Virus record (IMG/VR): IMGVR_UViG_3300030330_003594
Coordinates: 1-59,691 of that record
DNA: 59,691 nt
Direction: 5' to 3' (one strand)
Source: a virus
Lineage: Duplodnaviria > Caudoviricetes
Part shown: in pieces, positions 11,201 through 21,000 of the stretch
How positions within the stretch are numbered: the first letter of the stretch is position 1
How the letters are laid out: every line of letters starts with the position of its first letter
Translations under genes and position numbers: made by a program
The notes under the pieces: model-generated
Seen by the model: only the letters and a program-made list of their open reading frames with translations
Database searches by the model: none
What the model was told of the DNA's origin: nothing

Positions 11201-14200
11201 ATTTTCGTTTTGCAAAGTGGCCTGGTGAAAGGCTTCGTGATATGGCGTGTTGGCCTGTAGTGCAGGCAAGAACAAATGCACCTCAGCACTTTGCACTGTG
11301 CCATCCTCCTTTCTCTTGTACACCACATGCACACCTCTAGCAACACGCTCCCCTGTAGCTTTTTCATACGCTTTCGTGGTGCCGTGCAAAAACACCTTGC
11401 CACCTGTCCCAGCTTCAGTGACCGTGGCAATAATGTTCTTGATGTTTTGCAGTCCACGAATGATGTCTTCTCTGTTTGAAAAGGCGGTGGTGACGATTTT
11501 GCCTGATGCGATGATCCTGTCGATGACAGAGCCCGCATTTTTCGATGTCAGCTCAACCGTGTTTCCTCTACCTACCCTGCCGTATTCAGTGATATCGGGG
11601 TCCGTAGATCCCACCTCTCTGATGACAGCCTGCACTTCAGGATCTTCCAAAGCAAGGTCTACAGAGTTTTCGTTCTGAGCATATTTGCTTTCGATTTCAA
11701 ACTTCTTCTTGAAGCTTTCTCTAATCTGGTTCTGAAGCAGATTTATTTGTGCCTCGTAAGTAGCGACCGCAGCTTTGTTATTAGCTGCTTTGGCTTGTGC
11801 AAGTAGGGCTCTAAGCTTGCGAGCTTCTTTACGAGCCCCTGTAATGTCTTGATTGTGACCGAAAATAGCTTCCGCATCTTCGTCGGAAACGTTTGCAAGG
11901 AACGATAAGTCTCTTGCAGCCACTCTATGCTGTTCTTCTTGAACAGCAAGCATCTTTCTTTTAATGTCATCTCTTTCTTGTTTTGTTGTTGCATTTTTGA
12001 ACTGCTCACTGAGCTCTTCGTATCTGTTTTGCAGACGAATTTGATCTTTCAGGCGGAACTTACTTGCCACATACGATGGCGCTCGAACAATGCCAGTTTG
12101 TATGCCTCCTGCTGCCACGCCCACCACGAAAGAGTCAGCTACCTGACCCCACGAGACGGACAACTGTGCCTTCTGTATTTCTTTTGCGGCGATGCTTTTT
12201 TCCAGACGGTCTTGGACCTCTGATGCAATACCTGGTGTCTCGATCTTTTTCTGGATATCCTCGATCTCACGATCCAATGCCAGCCTCTCGGCGTAGTTGC
12301 GCAACCCTTGATCGGCAACAGAAACCAAGCCCTCCTCAATACCCTCCTCCAAGAACCTGAACGCTCTGTTGGTTGTGACTTTGTCAAAGACATTTTTTGC
12401 CTGCAACAAGACACCCTTTTCGGCGGGGACAGTGCCCCACAAAAGAGCCTTACCGCCACGCCCTGCCAGTGGCTTGAGACCTACAGCTTTGCGGATGGCA
12501 TCAGCAGAACCTAATTCCGCCTTCATGAAAAGCTTTTCTGACAGATACTCTATGCCACCAGCCAGCGTGCCAAAGGCCAGCTTTTCACCCGAAGTAAGAT
12601 TTGAATTTTGGTTCAAATCTTCTATTGTAGACCCTGCGCTTCCCAGTGCAAAGCTGATAAGTGTTGCTTCAGTAGCCCCTGTTGCCAAGCCTACAATTTG
12701 TAAGCCAATCTGTGGGAGTGCTTCGGCTACCATGCTTGTAAACATGACGCCTCGTGCATACTCGTCCCCAAGGCTTTGTCCAAACACACCTCTTTGAATC
12801 TGCTCTAGGGTCAGTCCTTTTTTAAGATTGCTGGCCTGTGAGATACCCGCTGAGAGCTCCCCGAAGGTAGGAGCTTGATCAGGTTCTACACCTAAGATTC
12901 CTGCGTAAATATCTTGAAATGATGCAGAGTCAAAAAAATCTTCATCTCCTTCTGCCGTGTCTAGGATGGCATCAGTAAAGTTTAAGACACCTGAAAAAAC
13001 CATACCGACCGTCTTGAAAAGGTTGGGGGCGATAAGATCCTCCTCCAACTGACGGCCTAAAAACTCTCCTGACGTTCTGTACGCTTGCAGAGCCATGTCG
13101 CTTTCCATAGCAACCTGATCCAAGGCTACTTGCCCGATAAGCTCAGAAATATTGTACGCTCTACGCTCCAAACCCAACACCTCATTCGCCTCGTTGTAGG
13201 TGTTGATGATGTCGGTGCGTCTGCTTGCCAAATCTGCTTGCACTTCTTGGCGCTCCTCCTCTGTTACTGCTGTGTTGAAGCGATCCACAAAAGCCTCAAG
13301 CTCTGAGATAGCGGCCTTCTTTCCGTCCTCTGCCTGCACGACCTCATTGCGTGCGTTCCAATACCCCGCAATTTTCTTGTACTTGTCCTCTGAAAACTCA
13401 ATGTTTCTTCGCAAGTAGTAGTCTGATGCCTTCTCAAACGTGTTAATTTTTTCAGGCATGTTTGGCTGAATGGCAGCCAGCTCTTCGTCCGTCTGAGGGA
13501 TATAAGAAGAGTTGATGTTGCCTAGCTGACTCTCATAAAAGGGCATGCTCATACCCTCCTCATCTTCAACCTCAGGCAAGGCTTGAACCTGCTCTTCGGT
13601 GTACTTGCCGATACCAAACTCATTGTTGATAATCGACGTCTTGAGGTTCTCTTTTGATGAGGATAGCTCTGCACGATCGACGATCAAGCCAGCACTCAGC
13701 ATCACATCGTTGATATCCTTTGTGGTCACTGAGGTGCCTGTAAACAGAGGTGTGTCTTTTAGCGTGTCAAAGATTTCTTTTGAAAAACCCTCCCTTTCCT
13801 GTTCGCTAAGCGCATTGCCCAACACCCCTCTACCCTGCAACCACTTTTGCGTTTCCTTGAAGATGAAGTATTCTCTTTGGTTCGCTTGGTACTCAGATGG
13901 TGCGGATCCTTCAGTGCTGTATGCCTCAATAACCGACTGAGTATCAGTCTCATACAGCTCTTGTATGTCTTCTGGAGAAAACTCTCTACCACGCCCTGTC
14001 TCTTCAGCGGACATGGTGGCCATCCTTTCATAAGGATCTACCGCCTCACCAAAAAGCGATGACAGATACCCAGACCTATTTTCTTCAGCTTGCTTTCTGG
14101 CGCTCTCTATGTCTTGCACGGGCTCGAAGCTTGAATCGCCTGTAAGCGATTCTAAGCCTGCAACATAGTCGGAAGAGAAAGCTGACTCTTTTTTTTTTGG

Positions 14201-14398
14201 ATTGATGCCTGACAAATAGATCAGGTCTCTTTCGTCACCCTTGAAGCCAGCACTGTTCATCACGGTCATGATTCTGTTGAAATCATCCGTTTGACCCATC
14301 TGACGAATCAAGTCTTCCTTGGTTCCGAGGTATCCTTGCGCTTGAAGGACAGTGTAGATCTGATCAATCCGATCTACGTTGTATGATCCGTTTGACAT
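5207..14398 (-). CDS. Giant (3063 aa) internal virion/ejected polyvalent protein with zincin-like motif
   Basis: Last of three genes after the tail muzzle; helical and coiled-coil; PYHEAFH followed by ADELLTE; no polymerase DxDGD/DFDID motif seen. Confidence 0.7.
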   Translation of the reverse strand: MSNGSYNVDRIDQIYTVLQAQGYLGTKEDLIRQMGQTDDFNRIMTVMNSAGFKGDERDLIYLSGINPKKKESAFSSDYVAGLESLTGDSSFEPVQDIESARKQAEENRSGYLSSLFGEAVDPYERMATMSAEETGRGREFSPEDIQELYETDTQSVIEAYSTEGSAPSEYQANQREYFIFKETQKWLQGRGVLGNALSEQEREGFSKEIFDTLKDTPLFTGTSVTTKDINDVMLSAGLIVDRAELSSSKENLKTSIINNEFGIGKYTEEQVQALPEVEDEEGMSMPFYESQLGNINSSYIPQTDEELAAIQPNMPEKINTFEKASDYYLRRNIEFSEDKYKKIAGYWNARNEVVQAEDGKKAAISELEAFVDRFNTAVTEEERQEVQADLASRRTDIINTYNEANEVLGLERRAYNISELIGQVALDQVAMESDMALQAYRTSGEFLGRQLEEDLIAPNLFKTVGMVFSGVLNFTDAILDTAEGDEDFFDSASFQDIYAGILGVEPDQAPTFGELSAGISQASNLKKGLTLEQIQRGVFGQSLGDEYARGVMFTSMVAEALPQIGLQIVGLATGATEATLISFALGSAGSTIEDLNQNSNLTSGEKLAFGTLAGGIEYLSEKLFMKAELGSADAIRKAVGLKPLAGRGGKALLWGTVPAEKGVLLQAKNVFDKVTTNRAFRFLEEGIEEGLVSVADQGLRNYAERLALDREIEDIQKKIETPGIASEVQDRLEKSIAAKEIQKAQLSVSWGQVADSFVVGVAAGGIQTGIVRAPSYVASKFRLKDQIRLQNRYEELSEQFKNATTKQERDDIKRKMLAVQEEQHRVAARDLSFLANVSDEDAEAIFGHNQDITGARKEARKLRALLAQAKAANNKAAVATYEAQINLLQNQIRESFKKKFEIESKYAQNENSVDLALEDPEVQAVIREVGSTDPDITEYGRVGRGNTVELTSKNAGSVIDRIIASGKIVTTAFSNREDIIRGLQNIKNIIATVTEAGTGGKVFLHGTTKAYEKATGERVARGVHVVYKRKEDGTVQSAEVHLFLPALQANTPYHEAFHQATLQNENQEDTKAGTRRLAATLARLIPNIEVFSRFIAAYLPEEQRSVLALAEADPAMQRKLLMQVVSENDTAADELLTEIKSLITSGTLSIEFKAGLISGLKEFVSRTFGTSFKDPKLKAVVDAIDAATQTMARGEAVADTEAIIEAGLRLQEGPTAIDEEEDDATLDDREVRAQILEAQVDEDGNSVQPGLDSQESVTEEGLPVDPAQVQAKKQAINVAGTYMANQPRVDIGKLLSDFKAENNRNPVVWVWMADQLKRGTYSNPDTGVEAQVLGGIGFSTDQQNQDNDVVWASGLSPKTLNDRVGRADYIFLMSGSPKSAHNFSKGTSKVLIQEIEAGMKRNIGKTFGGVEIVEGSFDEFVQITNSLLKDKTETKKWMGVLKALNSRGKDVVDHPSRKTFVQNMLHQGMGVKPSLEFHRFLHDELGVPKQDVFNQLLRDEYLAQIDAQTGDIVGVLEPTGIQEDSDVHDTYQHSILGKFVGTPTSLFNVVDIVPTEIVQQLAKAGADIAALSKPALIKTIAGDVGGVFSEGQIDLIRNSIESLSDADTTVESVTKRQGIVSTVADIMTEPGFTLKQVGRGKKKKLVLEKSDQIRLFKPKKEEVLKVLEDSGMSKKDAEETYKKAVQFARGRRVGRTEQGKVVSKIRREKNKLSNEAKKLREELDALKNKVSTVQQFIREARKLIKDRMAKDKGASKVFTVKQLTEFFKVMSQLSRSSAKKLKGNELEYIDAHLDKLAAIFDEQDAKGAMERHLKNLQLIRRLQSTLKRKSKQRDFTTYADLAAALSRIKASLIPLHELEAFMDLLNTVNNNMRRGRFAKDEEGNLVFNATQLNEVKGLQAQLDAFKAIEQAQQQAELRARAERAVERKLLRGEETTFEAEYEAILKKFFESRLSATQKRVNKMAEKLGLDPAQVDDLETIYLELAKEEKALVDLKKSLIIDEGIMPLLLFNAEAILADPGFRLILGLPQNANIEDDEVFNKIRKRLDKLEKHHLLAIEFKLNDYLVNGRTFGLGYLAALTKGRINYADKITELTDRGISSKRTAVLGVLDNLSSLLRNLFRVSNRDIARIKVAIGLQDVIMAINAFEQRHLETARGLQDKIDEINKKFSLKGKTDITSKLSQALSQIYSMSRQMPKEFVEEARAASRTQEEFEQRLAEKKAAWYKALRDSMQATIEDIEQNESAVQETIDQFKEAFDFLFTGEATLEALQNRVQTGRPEVVEMVDFMVDLHERARPDLEIFAERFLGKELSVLDNYTPFQIRKTSKDEDVESVMALRNALVSRMQASSRGGVQKTPGATFEREQRAVGGDAILGLNFIDINHNTLRENALITTALGDILAMEYAFGTEAFGNLVKDEAAGQLKQYVRDFLQVETQSEPFIFSSRVRVGDKTLLNPIESLRAAAVVGAFGSIFVQVVKQGTVGLATFMNMRSISSMMYFIQESTSILALTFVGTDIEGKRRVLSDPTVKLPGDKFELLKRSAAFLRDYRAGNIDPFQGNTNFDRSRFRRLRDMFTNKSLWALTTTDKAVAVASFFAYYADFLIEQGIVTSASDIDWTSEAANANPEALAYADNMLEKDQNTSSARMAAAIYKKAGGAGRSLMQAFFPFQSFAINTKRSLTADVGRLLMGEDLQARKDGAKGFAATMSSLFAFHLASQMTRALFNEIVKQVMGDDDDEEKEFDPAQAIKEAGVGAVVDALPVPSIGMVDDNVRDAFNYYVFFNEADYDIPGLEKEDKFALFKKYGGAVPTYGDSYADMAQNEKEPGARALYSLLGLTGPAGQKFRDITTAIDRLNRDGKSYTTSSGSERFVRPEDQEHMQISTVLRATLHGANLVGLGVKELEYFAKAMDDMPMNRSLTSEEEAAAYEFVTQAFSEDPELQAYLEAGEEIGIDKLMRILKMQAESDLTTLDKNISASKFKSALKPAVAEKLLQNIMPEQYSKHANEMRRLSKESSKKIASVLKAKEREMTEEEYNAYFNFAFFYLGIKSEAGLESILTEKAFATP

Positions 14399-14400
14399 TC

Positions 14401-17235
14401 TTAGAGAGTTTCAGCGTATCGTCTAAGGGCTTCTGCGGCAGCCTCTGCTCTGCCTAAAATCTGTCTGTTAGTCACTGTATCCTTGTCGTAATAGTCATCG
14501 TATTTAGCGGCTAATTCTAAGACATCCGCCTTTCTAATTTCTTCTTGCTTGAGCAAAGCTTTCAACAATGGCAGTGGACGCCCTTTTCCTGGTTTTTTTA
14601 CACTGCCAGGAACATTGAACTCCACATCTAACATAGATTCCACAACATCTCTTGGAAGGTCTCTTAATTTTTGCTCGTTGCCCACTTTCCTGACAAAAGC
14701 CTGGTAACTTTTTTCACCGTAGTCAGCGGTGATGTTATTCAAGTCTTCTTGCGTAAGATTCAAAACTTCTGCTGACAATGGCCCCCCCTCCCCTGTATAT
14801 TCTTCCAACGCCTTTTTTGCTTTTGGACCAATCAGGCCACTCAATGCTTTCAGAGCATCGATAGACTCTTCATTTTTTAAGTATTTACCAATAATCTCAA
14901 TCTTCCTTTCTGCATCGCCTGCACTCCTCCCAATATCAAGTCCAGCTATCGTAACACCACTTTTGCTTTTTGCTTTTTGAGCTTCGTTTCGTCCTAGAAT
15001 CGGAACATTGATGGGTAACTCGGGAGTGTATCCTTCATTTTTAGCAATCCGAGTCATATACATTTCTCTGATTGTTTCATCTGTCAAGCCCGTCAACAAG
15101 TCGTCCTTCTTTGCAAGGCTATAATACAGGCTGTCCTTTGGTGGGTTGCCAAACTCCTCGATCGCTTGGCGCAAAGTTTCCTGGTTTGTAATCGTATTGA
15201 CCCCATCTCCAGAGAACAGCTCTTCCTCGTTTGCAAACTTAGTGCCCCAGAACTTTTTGCCTCCATCTGTCTTTTCTCTGACACCTGACCAAAAGGCTTT
15301 CGTCTCTGCCTTCTGTACAGTCAACTGTTGTTCTTTTGTTTGAAGCCTTTGACGCTCTTGAGCCTGGGCCTCTTCTCGGATTTTTTTGCTTTGACCAGCA
15401 TAGCCAATGTCAAGCAACTCGGGCAACTCAGCCCGCTGTTGTTCTAAAAAAGCCTTATCACGGTCTTCGGCTTCTGTAGTTGCTACAACCTCACCCTGAG
15501 GTGTAATCTCCAAAGGCTCTTGTGTTGCTGCGGCTGTACCAACAGACGCTGGAACAGCGAGACCGTTTTGACCCTCCTCAGGGTCTTCAGCTCCAACGCC
15601 CTGATTCAAGCCGCCCAACGCTGTCTGTGCTGCTGTAGGTGTAGGCGTAGGGGCTGGGGTGGTGCCCGTGCCGACCGCCCCAAGTTGTAGTCTACCCAGT
15701 CGAATCAGATCACTGTAGCTGGGATTCTGTTTGTTTTTTGCCGCCATCCTGCTGAGCTGTCCTTGCAGCTCTGTAAACAACTCCACATTGTTGTCTCGTG
15801 TAATTGTCTCAGCTCCTGATTGCAGCAAATCGATCAGGTTTTGTTGCACTGCGGAACGCTGATCCTCTGGCAGAGCAAGTAGCTTATCTAGCAAGTCTCT
15901 GTTTCTACCAATTGAGTATCCAACGACTTCTCCCTCTGGGTTCATGTACACGTTCTCTACCTGCACCGCAGTGTTTTCAACATCCACAGCATTCAAGCGT
16001 GCCGAAGTTGGGATGTCAAGCACCTGACCAACCTCTTCAATCTCAACGGCTTGAACAGTGTTGTTTTCCCCATAGTTTCTAGGAGCAAACGGAATAAATG
16101 CTGCCCCAAGCTCTCTTGCTGTTTCTGTCGTGGTCTCTTCAGGGACACTGAATCTAGACTTAGCCCTTAGGTATGCGTTCTTTGCGTGCAAGCTCTGTGC
16201 TTCACGGAACTTCATCAGGTTGTCCTCTGTGACAGTAAATGACCGATCTCCTGCGGTAGTCATCTCTGTCCCAACAAGCGTTTTCAATTCATCCTCAGAC
16301 ACGTCATACTGTGGATTGCCATCTGCATCAAAGCCTGTAATCTTGGTGATAGATCGACCTTCTACATTCAAATCCTTGAGCGAGGGAGAATAGATCTGAT
16401 CAACAGCATCCAGATCTTTCTCTACAACACCCCTGTTTGGGATGTCTTTGGTCTTGTATGCCTCAAGAGCAACAGCGTTCCACATGGTGCCCTCTCTTTT
16501 GGCGTAGCCGTTGTATTTGTCAGCAAAGTCTTTAGCAAAAGAGTTTTGATCGACAAGAACTCCAGAGCTAATTCCCGCTGTATTTCTGCCCTGATATGAG
16601 TCCACAAAAATTGTATCCGACACCTTAGTTGACAACTGAGTGTATGCGCCTTCGACACTACCCTGAACCACAGGAAGATTGTCGGGGTTTGAAGCAGTAA
16701 CCGCTGAATCAAAGTAATCGACACTTTGATCTCCTTGCACAACTCTCACCTTATCTCCTACAACTTGATAAGTTGGTGCTTGACCAAACTTTTGGTTGAA
16801 GAGATTTAGATTGAAATCTCTCAACCCAGCCTCAGCCAAATCTTGATCTCCTCTGATAGAAAGGTTTTGCTCCAAAATAAACTTACTACCAAAGACAGCA
16901 TCTTGAGCGATGCTGCTGTATTGAGACTTTGCCGCAGCCACCCTTTGTGCGTTGGCGTCAGAAGGGTTTTGTTTGAAGTCAAGCTCTGTCTGCTGCCAGA
17001 CATCAAGAGCCTTTTGAACACCGTCCTTGTAGTAAGGGTTGATATTCCCAGGGGCCGTAGTCACTCCAGCCGTCCCGATGCCAAGCACCTTCTCTTTGTC
17101 CAACTGTTTCTGCGCACGTTCCTGCACCACCCCGAGGATGGGATTTATGAAACTACTCGCCGCCTCCCTTCCGATCGCACCGTAGTCTGGCAGAGGTGCA
17201 AGGAATCCTGTTTTGAACTGTGGACCGTTAGACAT
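14401..17235 (-). CDS. Internal virion protein with C-terminal pesticin-like muramidase domain
   Basis: IAKNEGY...NVP...SKSGVTIAGLDIG resembles the pesticin/T4-lysozyme-like core; follows a Pro/Thr linker. Confidence 0.7.
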   Translation of the reverse strand: MSNGPQFKTGFLAPLPDYGAIGREAASSFINPILGVVQERAQKQLDKEKVLGIGTAGVTTAPGNINPYYKDGVQKALDVWQQTELDFKQNPSDANAQRVAAAKSQYSSIAQDAVFGSKFILEQNLSIRGDQDLAEAGLRDFNLNLFNQKFGQAPTYQVVGDKVRVVQGDQSVDYFDSAVTASNPDNLPVVQGSVEGAYTQLSTKVSDTIFVDSYQGRNTAGISSGVLVDQNSFAKDFADKYNGYAKREGTMWNAVALEAYKTKDIPNRGVVEKDLDAVDQIYSPSLKDLNVEGRSITKITGFDADGNPQYDVSEDELKTLVGTEMTTAGDRSFTVTEDNLMKFREAQSLHAKNAYLRAKSRFSVPEETTTETARELGAAFIPFAPRNYGENNTVQAVEIEEVGQVLDIPTSARLNAVDVENTAVQVENVYMNPEGEVVGYSIGRNRDLLDKLLALPEDQRSAVQQNLIDLLQSGAETITRDNNVELFTELQGQLSRMAAKNKQNPSYSDLIRLGRLQLGAVGTGTTPAPTPTPTAAQTALGGLNQGVGAEDPEEGQNGLAVPASVGTAAATQEPLEITPQGEVVATTEAEDRDKAFLEQQRAELPELLDIGYAGQSKKIREEAQAQERQRLQTKEQQLTVQKAETKAFWSGVREKTDGGKKFWGTKFANEEELFSGDGVNTITNQETLRQAIEEFGNPPKDSLYYSLAKKDDLLTGLTDETIREMYMTRIAKNEGYTPELPINVPILGRNEAQKAKSKSGVTIAGLDIGRSAGDAERKIEIIGKYLKNEESIDALKALSGLIGPKAKKALEEYTGEGGPLSAEVLNLTQEDLNNITADYGEKSYQAFVRKVGNEQKLRDLPRDVVESMLDVEFNVPGSVKKPGKGRPLPLLKALLKQEEIRKADVLELAAKYDDYYDKDTVTNRQILGRAEAAAEALRRYAETL

Positions 17236-18085
17236 CTTTTTCGAATTTCATAAGGAGTTTCAAGAGGAACTTATGCAAAGGTGAGTCACCCTGCTTGGCC
17301 AACCGCAAAAGCTTTCTAGATTGTTCTGGATTGAAGACGTATTCACCACCCGTCAGCTCGATGCCAACAGAGTCACCCTCTTTATCGACCAACGTCAACG
17401 GGTTGGTCTTGTGCGAAAACGATCCAGGCGTTTTCGCAACCTTGTATCCCCTCTTGGCAACCTTCATGCCTTTTTCTCCTTTCCCCATCCCAACACCAAT
17501 GACACCACCGACGATGCCTCCAATACCACCAGCGATATTGGCAAAGTTTTGAATACGCTGCTGCTCGGCCTGGGCTACACGGGCCTCGGCCAACCGCTGA
17601 GCGTCAAGGCCAAACTCGATGTTTCGTGTAGACCGAGCCTCTTGCCTGGCAATGGTTCTGTCTTCGGCTAGGCCCAGGTCTCTCAAAGCCTGCGTTTGCA
17701 ATCGCTGTTGTGTCAATACCTCCTGTCGCTGCGCCGTCTGAGCCTGTTGAGTGGCTTGGGCTAAGGCCCCAAGACCACGGGCCCCAAACTGCGAAACTGC
17801 CTGAGTGGTGGTGGCCAGAGATCTGTTGATGTCCTCGAGCCTCTGTTGCATAAGGCGTTGATCGTAAGCCTGCTGAACTTGTTGATAGAAGGCACTGGGA
17901 GTAGCCAAAGAAGGCTGCGCCGCTTGCAAGTCGGCAAGATTTTGTTGTGCCGCCTCTAATTCTTTTTGAGTGCGTTGCTCAAGATCTTTTTGCCTAAAAG
18001 CGCCCACAATACCACCTGCCAACTGGCCTACTCCGCCAATGGCCGACCCTAGAGCCTGTGCTTGTCCTGCTGAAAATTCTGACAT
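17228..18085 (-). CDS. Internal virion (ejection) protein
   Basis: Gly-rich amphipathic ends, Gln-rich coiled coil, ELTGGEYVFN tail; directly after the muzzle gene. Confidence 0.6.
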   Translation of the reverse strand: MSEFSAGQAQALGSAIGGVGQLAGGIVGAFRQKDLEQRTQKELEAAQQNLADLQAAQPSLATPSAFYQQVQQAYDQRLMQQRLEDINRSLATTTQAVSQFGARGLGALAQATQQAQTAQRQEVLTQQRLQTQALRDLGLAEDRTIARQEARSTRNIEFGLDAQRLAEARVAQAEQQRIQNFANIAGGIGGIVGGVIGVGMGKGEKGMKVAKRGYKVAKTPGSFSHKTNPLTLVDKEGDSVGIELTGGEYVFNPEQSRKLLRLAKQGDSPLHKFLLKLLMKFEKDV

Positions 18086-18087
18086 CT

Positions 18088-21000
18088 TTATTTATCGTTG
18101 TGTAGTGGTGAGGAGGAGTATGAAAGGTTTACGGCATAGAGCTCAACAGCAGCCGTGTCTGTATTCGTCAAGTCAACTTGAGCGTAATAGTCACGGATCT
18201 TGTCGCCATTGATGTCGTCATCAGATACGGCCATCACCGTGTCGCCTGCTGTCAGCCCTGTGACTGTGTCGCTGGCTGTAATTTCTTTGCGTCCTGAAAC
18301 AGAGGCAAGAGTTACACTGAGGGATGTTTCTGACGACGATTCCAACTTAAATAAAGTGTCTCCAATTCCGAAAGGCAAGTTACTCACTTTTGTAGTAAAC
18401 GTAATCTTCCTGCCATCGACGCTTGCTACCTGGCCAAGCACCACCTTGTGTGACGAGTTGGAGGTGCTACTGGCAGTGGCGTCTTTTGCAATGACCCTGT
18501 AGAACATGCCCTCCCTCTCATCAAACTCAGAGGCTTGCATAGAGCTGGCTCCCGTGGTCTGCGTGCTGTTGGAAACCACGGCTTTCCAAGCCTTGTTGCC
18601 CTCAAGACTCATGGCGTTGTACACCTTGACGTCGCTAGGATTTTTGCGGGACGCCACAGAAACCTGTGAATCAGCCTGACTGCCGTAGAAATTGTTACGT
18701 GTGGCGTTGGAGTTGTGCTTGTAGATGACTCCGTCTTTGAAAGAAAAGAACTTGTCATGCAACCGTGCATACATCTCAGGGATGAAAGAATAGAACGTGA
18801 GCCAGACACCTTTCGTCGTTGAATACGCCGAGGTCTCAGCATTGATTGCGGAGCTGAGGCTTGTCTTTGTCATGCCAACACTACCCTTGTCGCTTTGACG
18901 TGTAAAGCTTGTCGGCAAGGTCAATGAGCTGTCACGAGCTGAGACAGAGCCTGTAGCCACATGTGATCCAGTGGATGTAACCGCCTTGACCGTGATATTG
19001 TCTGTCGAGTTGCGAAGAGAGCTGTCGAGGTATACACTGCCAATATCACCCAGCTTGTCCACATAGATAACTCCCTGACCCGAGACCTCCCAGTTCAAAT
19101 CAAGCACCTCCCACTTCGTCTCACCAAGATCCCATGTGTCTCGACCGCCCTTTTCAAAAAGCACATGACCCTGTGCATCGGTGTTTATCCTGGTGCCAGA
19201 AGCAGGTTTTTTTGCGGAGCTGAGAACAAGCCCCTCGTCAACAGGAAACGACAAGCCCATACGGTCTACTTGTGGTGACGTAATGATAAGCTCCTCATTG
19301 TCAGGGTCATAGCCGCAGGGAACAAACGGCCTTTGATCGATGGCTTTGATGCCTGAAAACAGAGTCTGGAAGTGAGACATCATGCTCTTGGAGCTCAACA
19401 AATCAATGCCTTCAGAAGACAGTTGCACCACAGCCGCCCGAGCGACATCGACGAAGTATACTCGCCCAAAGTTTTCTACAACACTTTCGGGTTGTAACCC
19501 AGGGCCAAGATTGCCTGCGTAGTAGGTTGGAGTACCCAGCACATTTGTCGATGTCACAAGCTGTCCTCCCGCAGCACTTTCAATCAACACCCGTGATACG
19601 GGTGTCTTTGAGATTTTGTTTTCCTGCATGACCATCAATGCTTCATTGCGGTCCAGCAAGAAGCAGATATCACCGTGCTGCGTGTTGTAATCCTTGAAAG
19701 GAAACAGTGAAGGATTGAATGAAGACAATGCCAGCACTGCCGAGTCCAAAGCAAACGGATCACTGTATGTGACTGACGATGACCTGACTTGCTCTATCTG
19801 ATCTGGCGTTTCGATATGAGGTCGCCCAATATCTACCGCTTTAGATTCGAAGAAGTCACTGACTGACTCGTCCTCAATAATAAAATTCTTGTAGATCTGG
19901 TCTCCTGGCTTTGTTTCATCAGACTGGTCTGTGCTGCTGTTTGTGGGATTGGTCAAAATCTCACGCAACTTCAAATGCACATCGCCAGTATCCAAGGTGA
20001 TGCATCCTGGGAAGACGCTGTCCAAGGCCCCCACCGTAGTTGCTACAGTGCTTGTAAACGAAGATGGTATTGCCGCATCGGGGAACGGGAACGCTTCGTC
20101 GATTGTATAAAGGAAAGTGCCGTCGCTTTGCGGTTGGATCCCTGTGACAAAAACGTCAGTGGCATCCTGAACGATCGCCGCTGGCGTGAGTCTGTCTCCG
20201 ACAAAAAGACGAGTAGCAGAGGTAAACGACGTCGCACTTGCAACAAGAGTGGTTAAGCTCACTTGCGTGGTGTTGCTTCTGTCTCCGCCATGAGTGCGTC
20301 TTCCTCCCGCAACTACGATGTCGAAGGTCTTGCCGACCTCGTGAAAAACCTGATTCTCTACCCGTAGCTTGGGTCGAAAGATTTCTACGATGCAATCGTT
20401 GGTAAAAAAGTCCGACCCCGCAGCTACATCGACCTTATTGAACCCAGGGATGTCCTGATCTCGTATGCCAAGGAAGAACCCTGTTCTGCGATAGGTTGTG
20501 TCAGATGCTTGATCACTATCCGCAAACAATTTGATAGGGTTCTCTTCGTTGTCGATGTACCTTTTGTATGAGCTAATCTTGAACTCATGCATAGGTCGAA
20601 CGGTATTGCCGTCTGAGTCCTTGTATCTAAGCACACGCAGAACATCACCCTCTTGGTATTCGTATTCTAGGTTGGCACCCTTAGATTCATTGTACGAGTT
20701 GGTCTTGCCTTCTAAAGAACGCATGGAGAGATAGATAAGACCGTCAGGGTCACTACCAGAAGTCGTGCCCAAAGCATCGATGATTGGTCGGGAAATATTT
20801 CCGCCATCACTTAAAGGGTCATCGTATGTTTCTGTTCGTGGCAAGCCTGCCTCCAAAACAGAAATCTGCAAGATCTTTTCGTAGCTCGTGTTCTTAGAAT
20901 ACACAGGAGCGTACTTGGTAGCCCAATATGGTGGGTCGTGTTCAATCCTCAAGTCAACCTCTGTCCTTCCCTCGTTGCCATTTCTATCTACATCACCAAA

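Noticed and set aside
14189-14198. T10 run as a programmed frameshift or phase-variation site
   Set aside because: It encodes in-frame PKKKE in an intact ORF, and I saw no supporting alternative-frame product
5207-14398. crAss-type virion RNA polymerase
   Set aside because: No DFDID/DxDGD catalytic motif seen; the closest string, DYDIPG, does not fit
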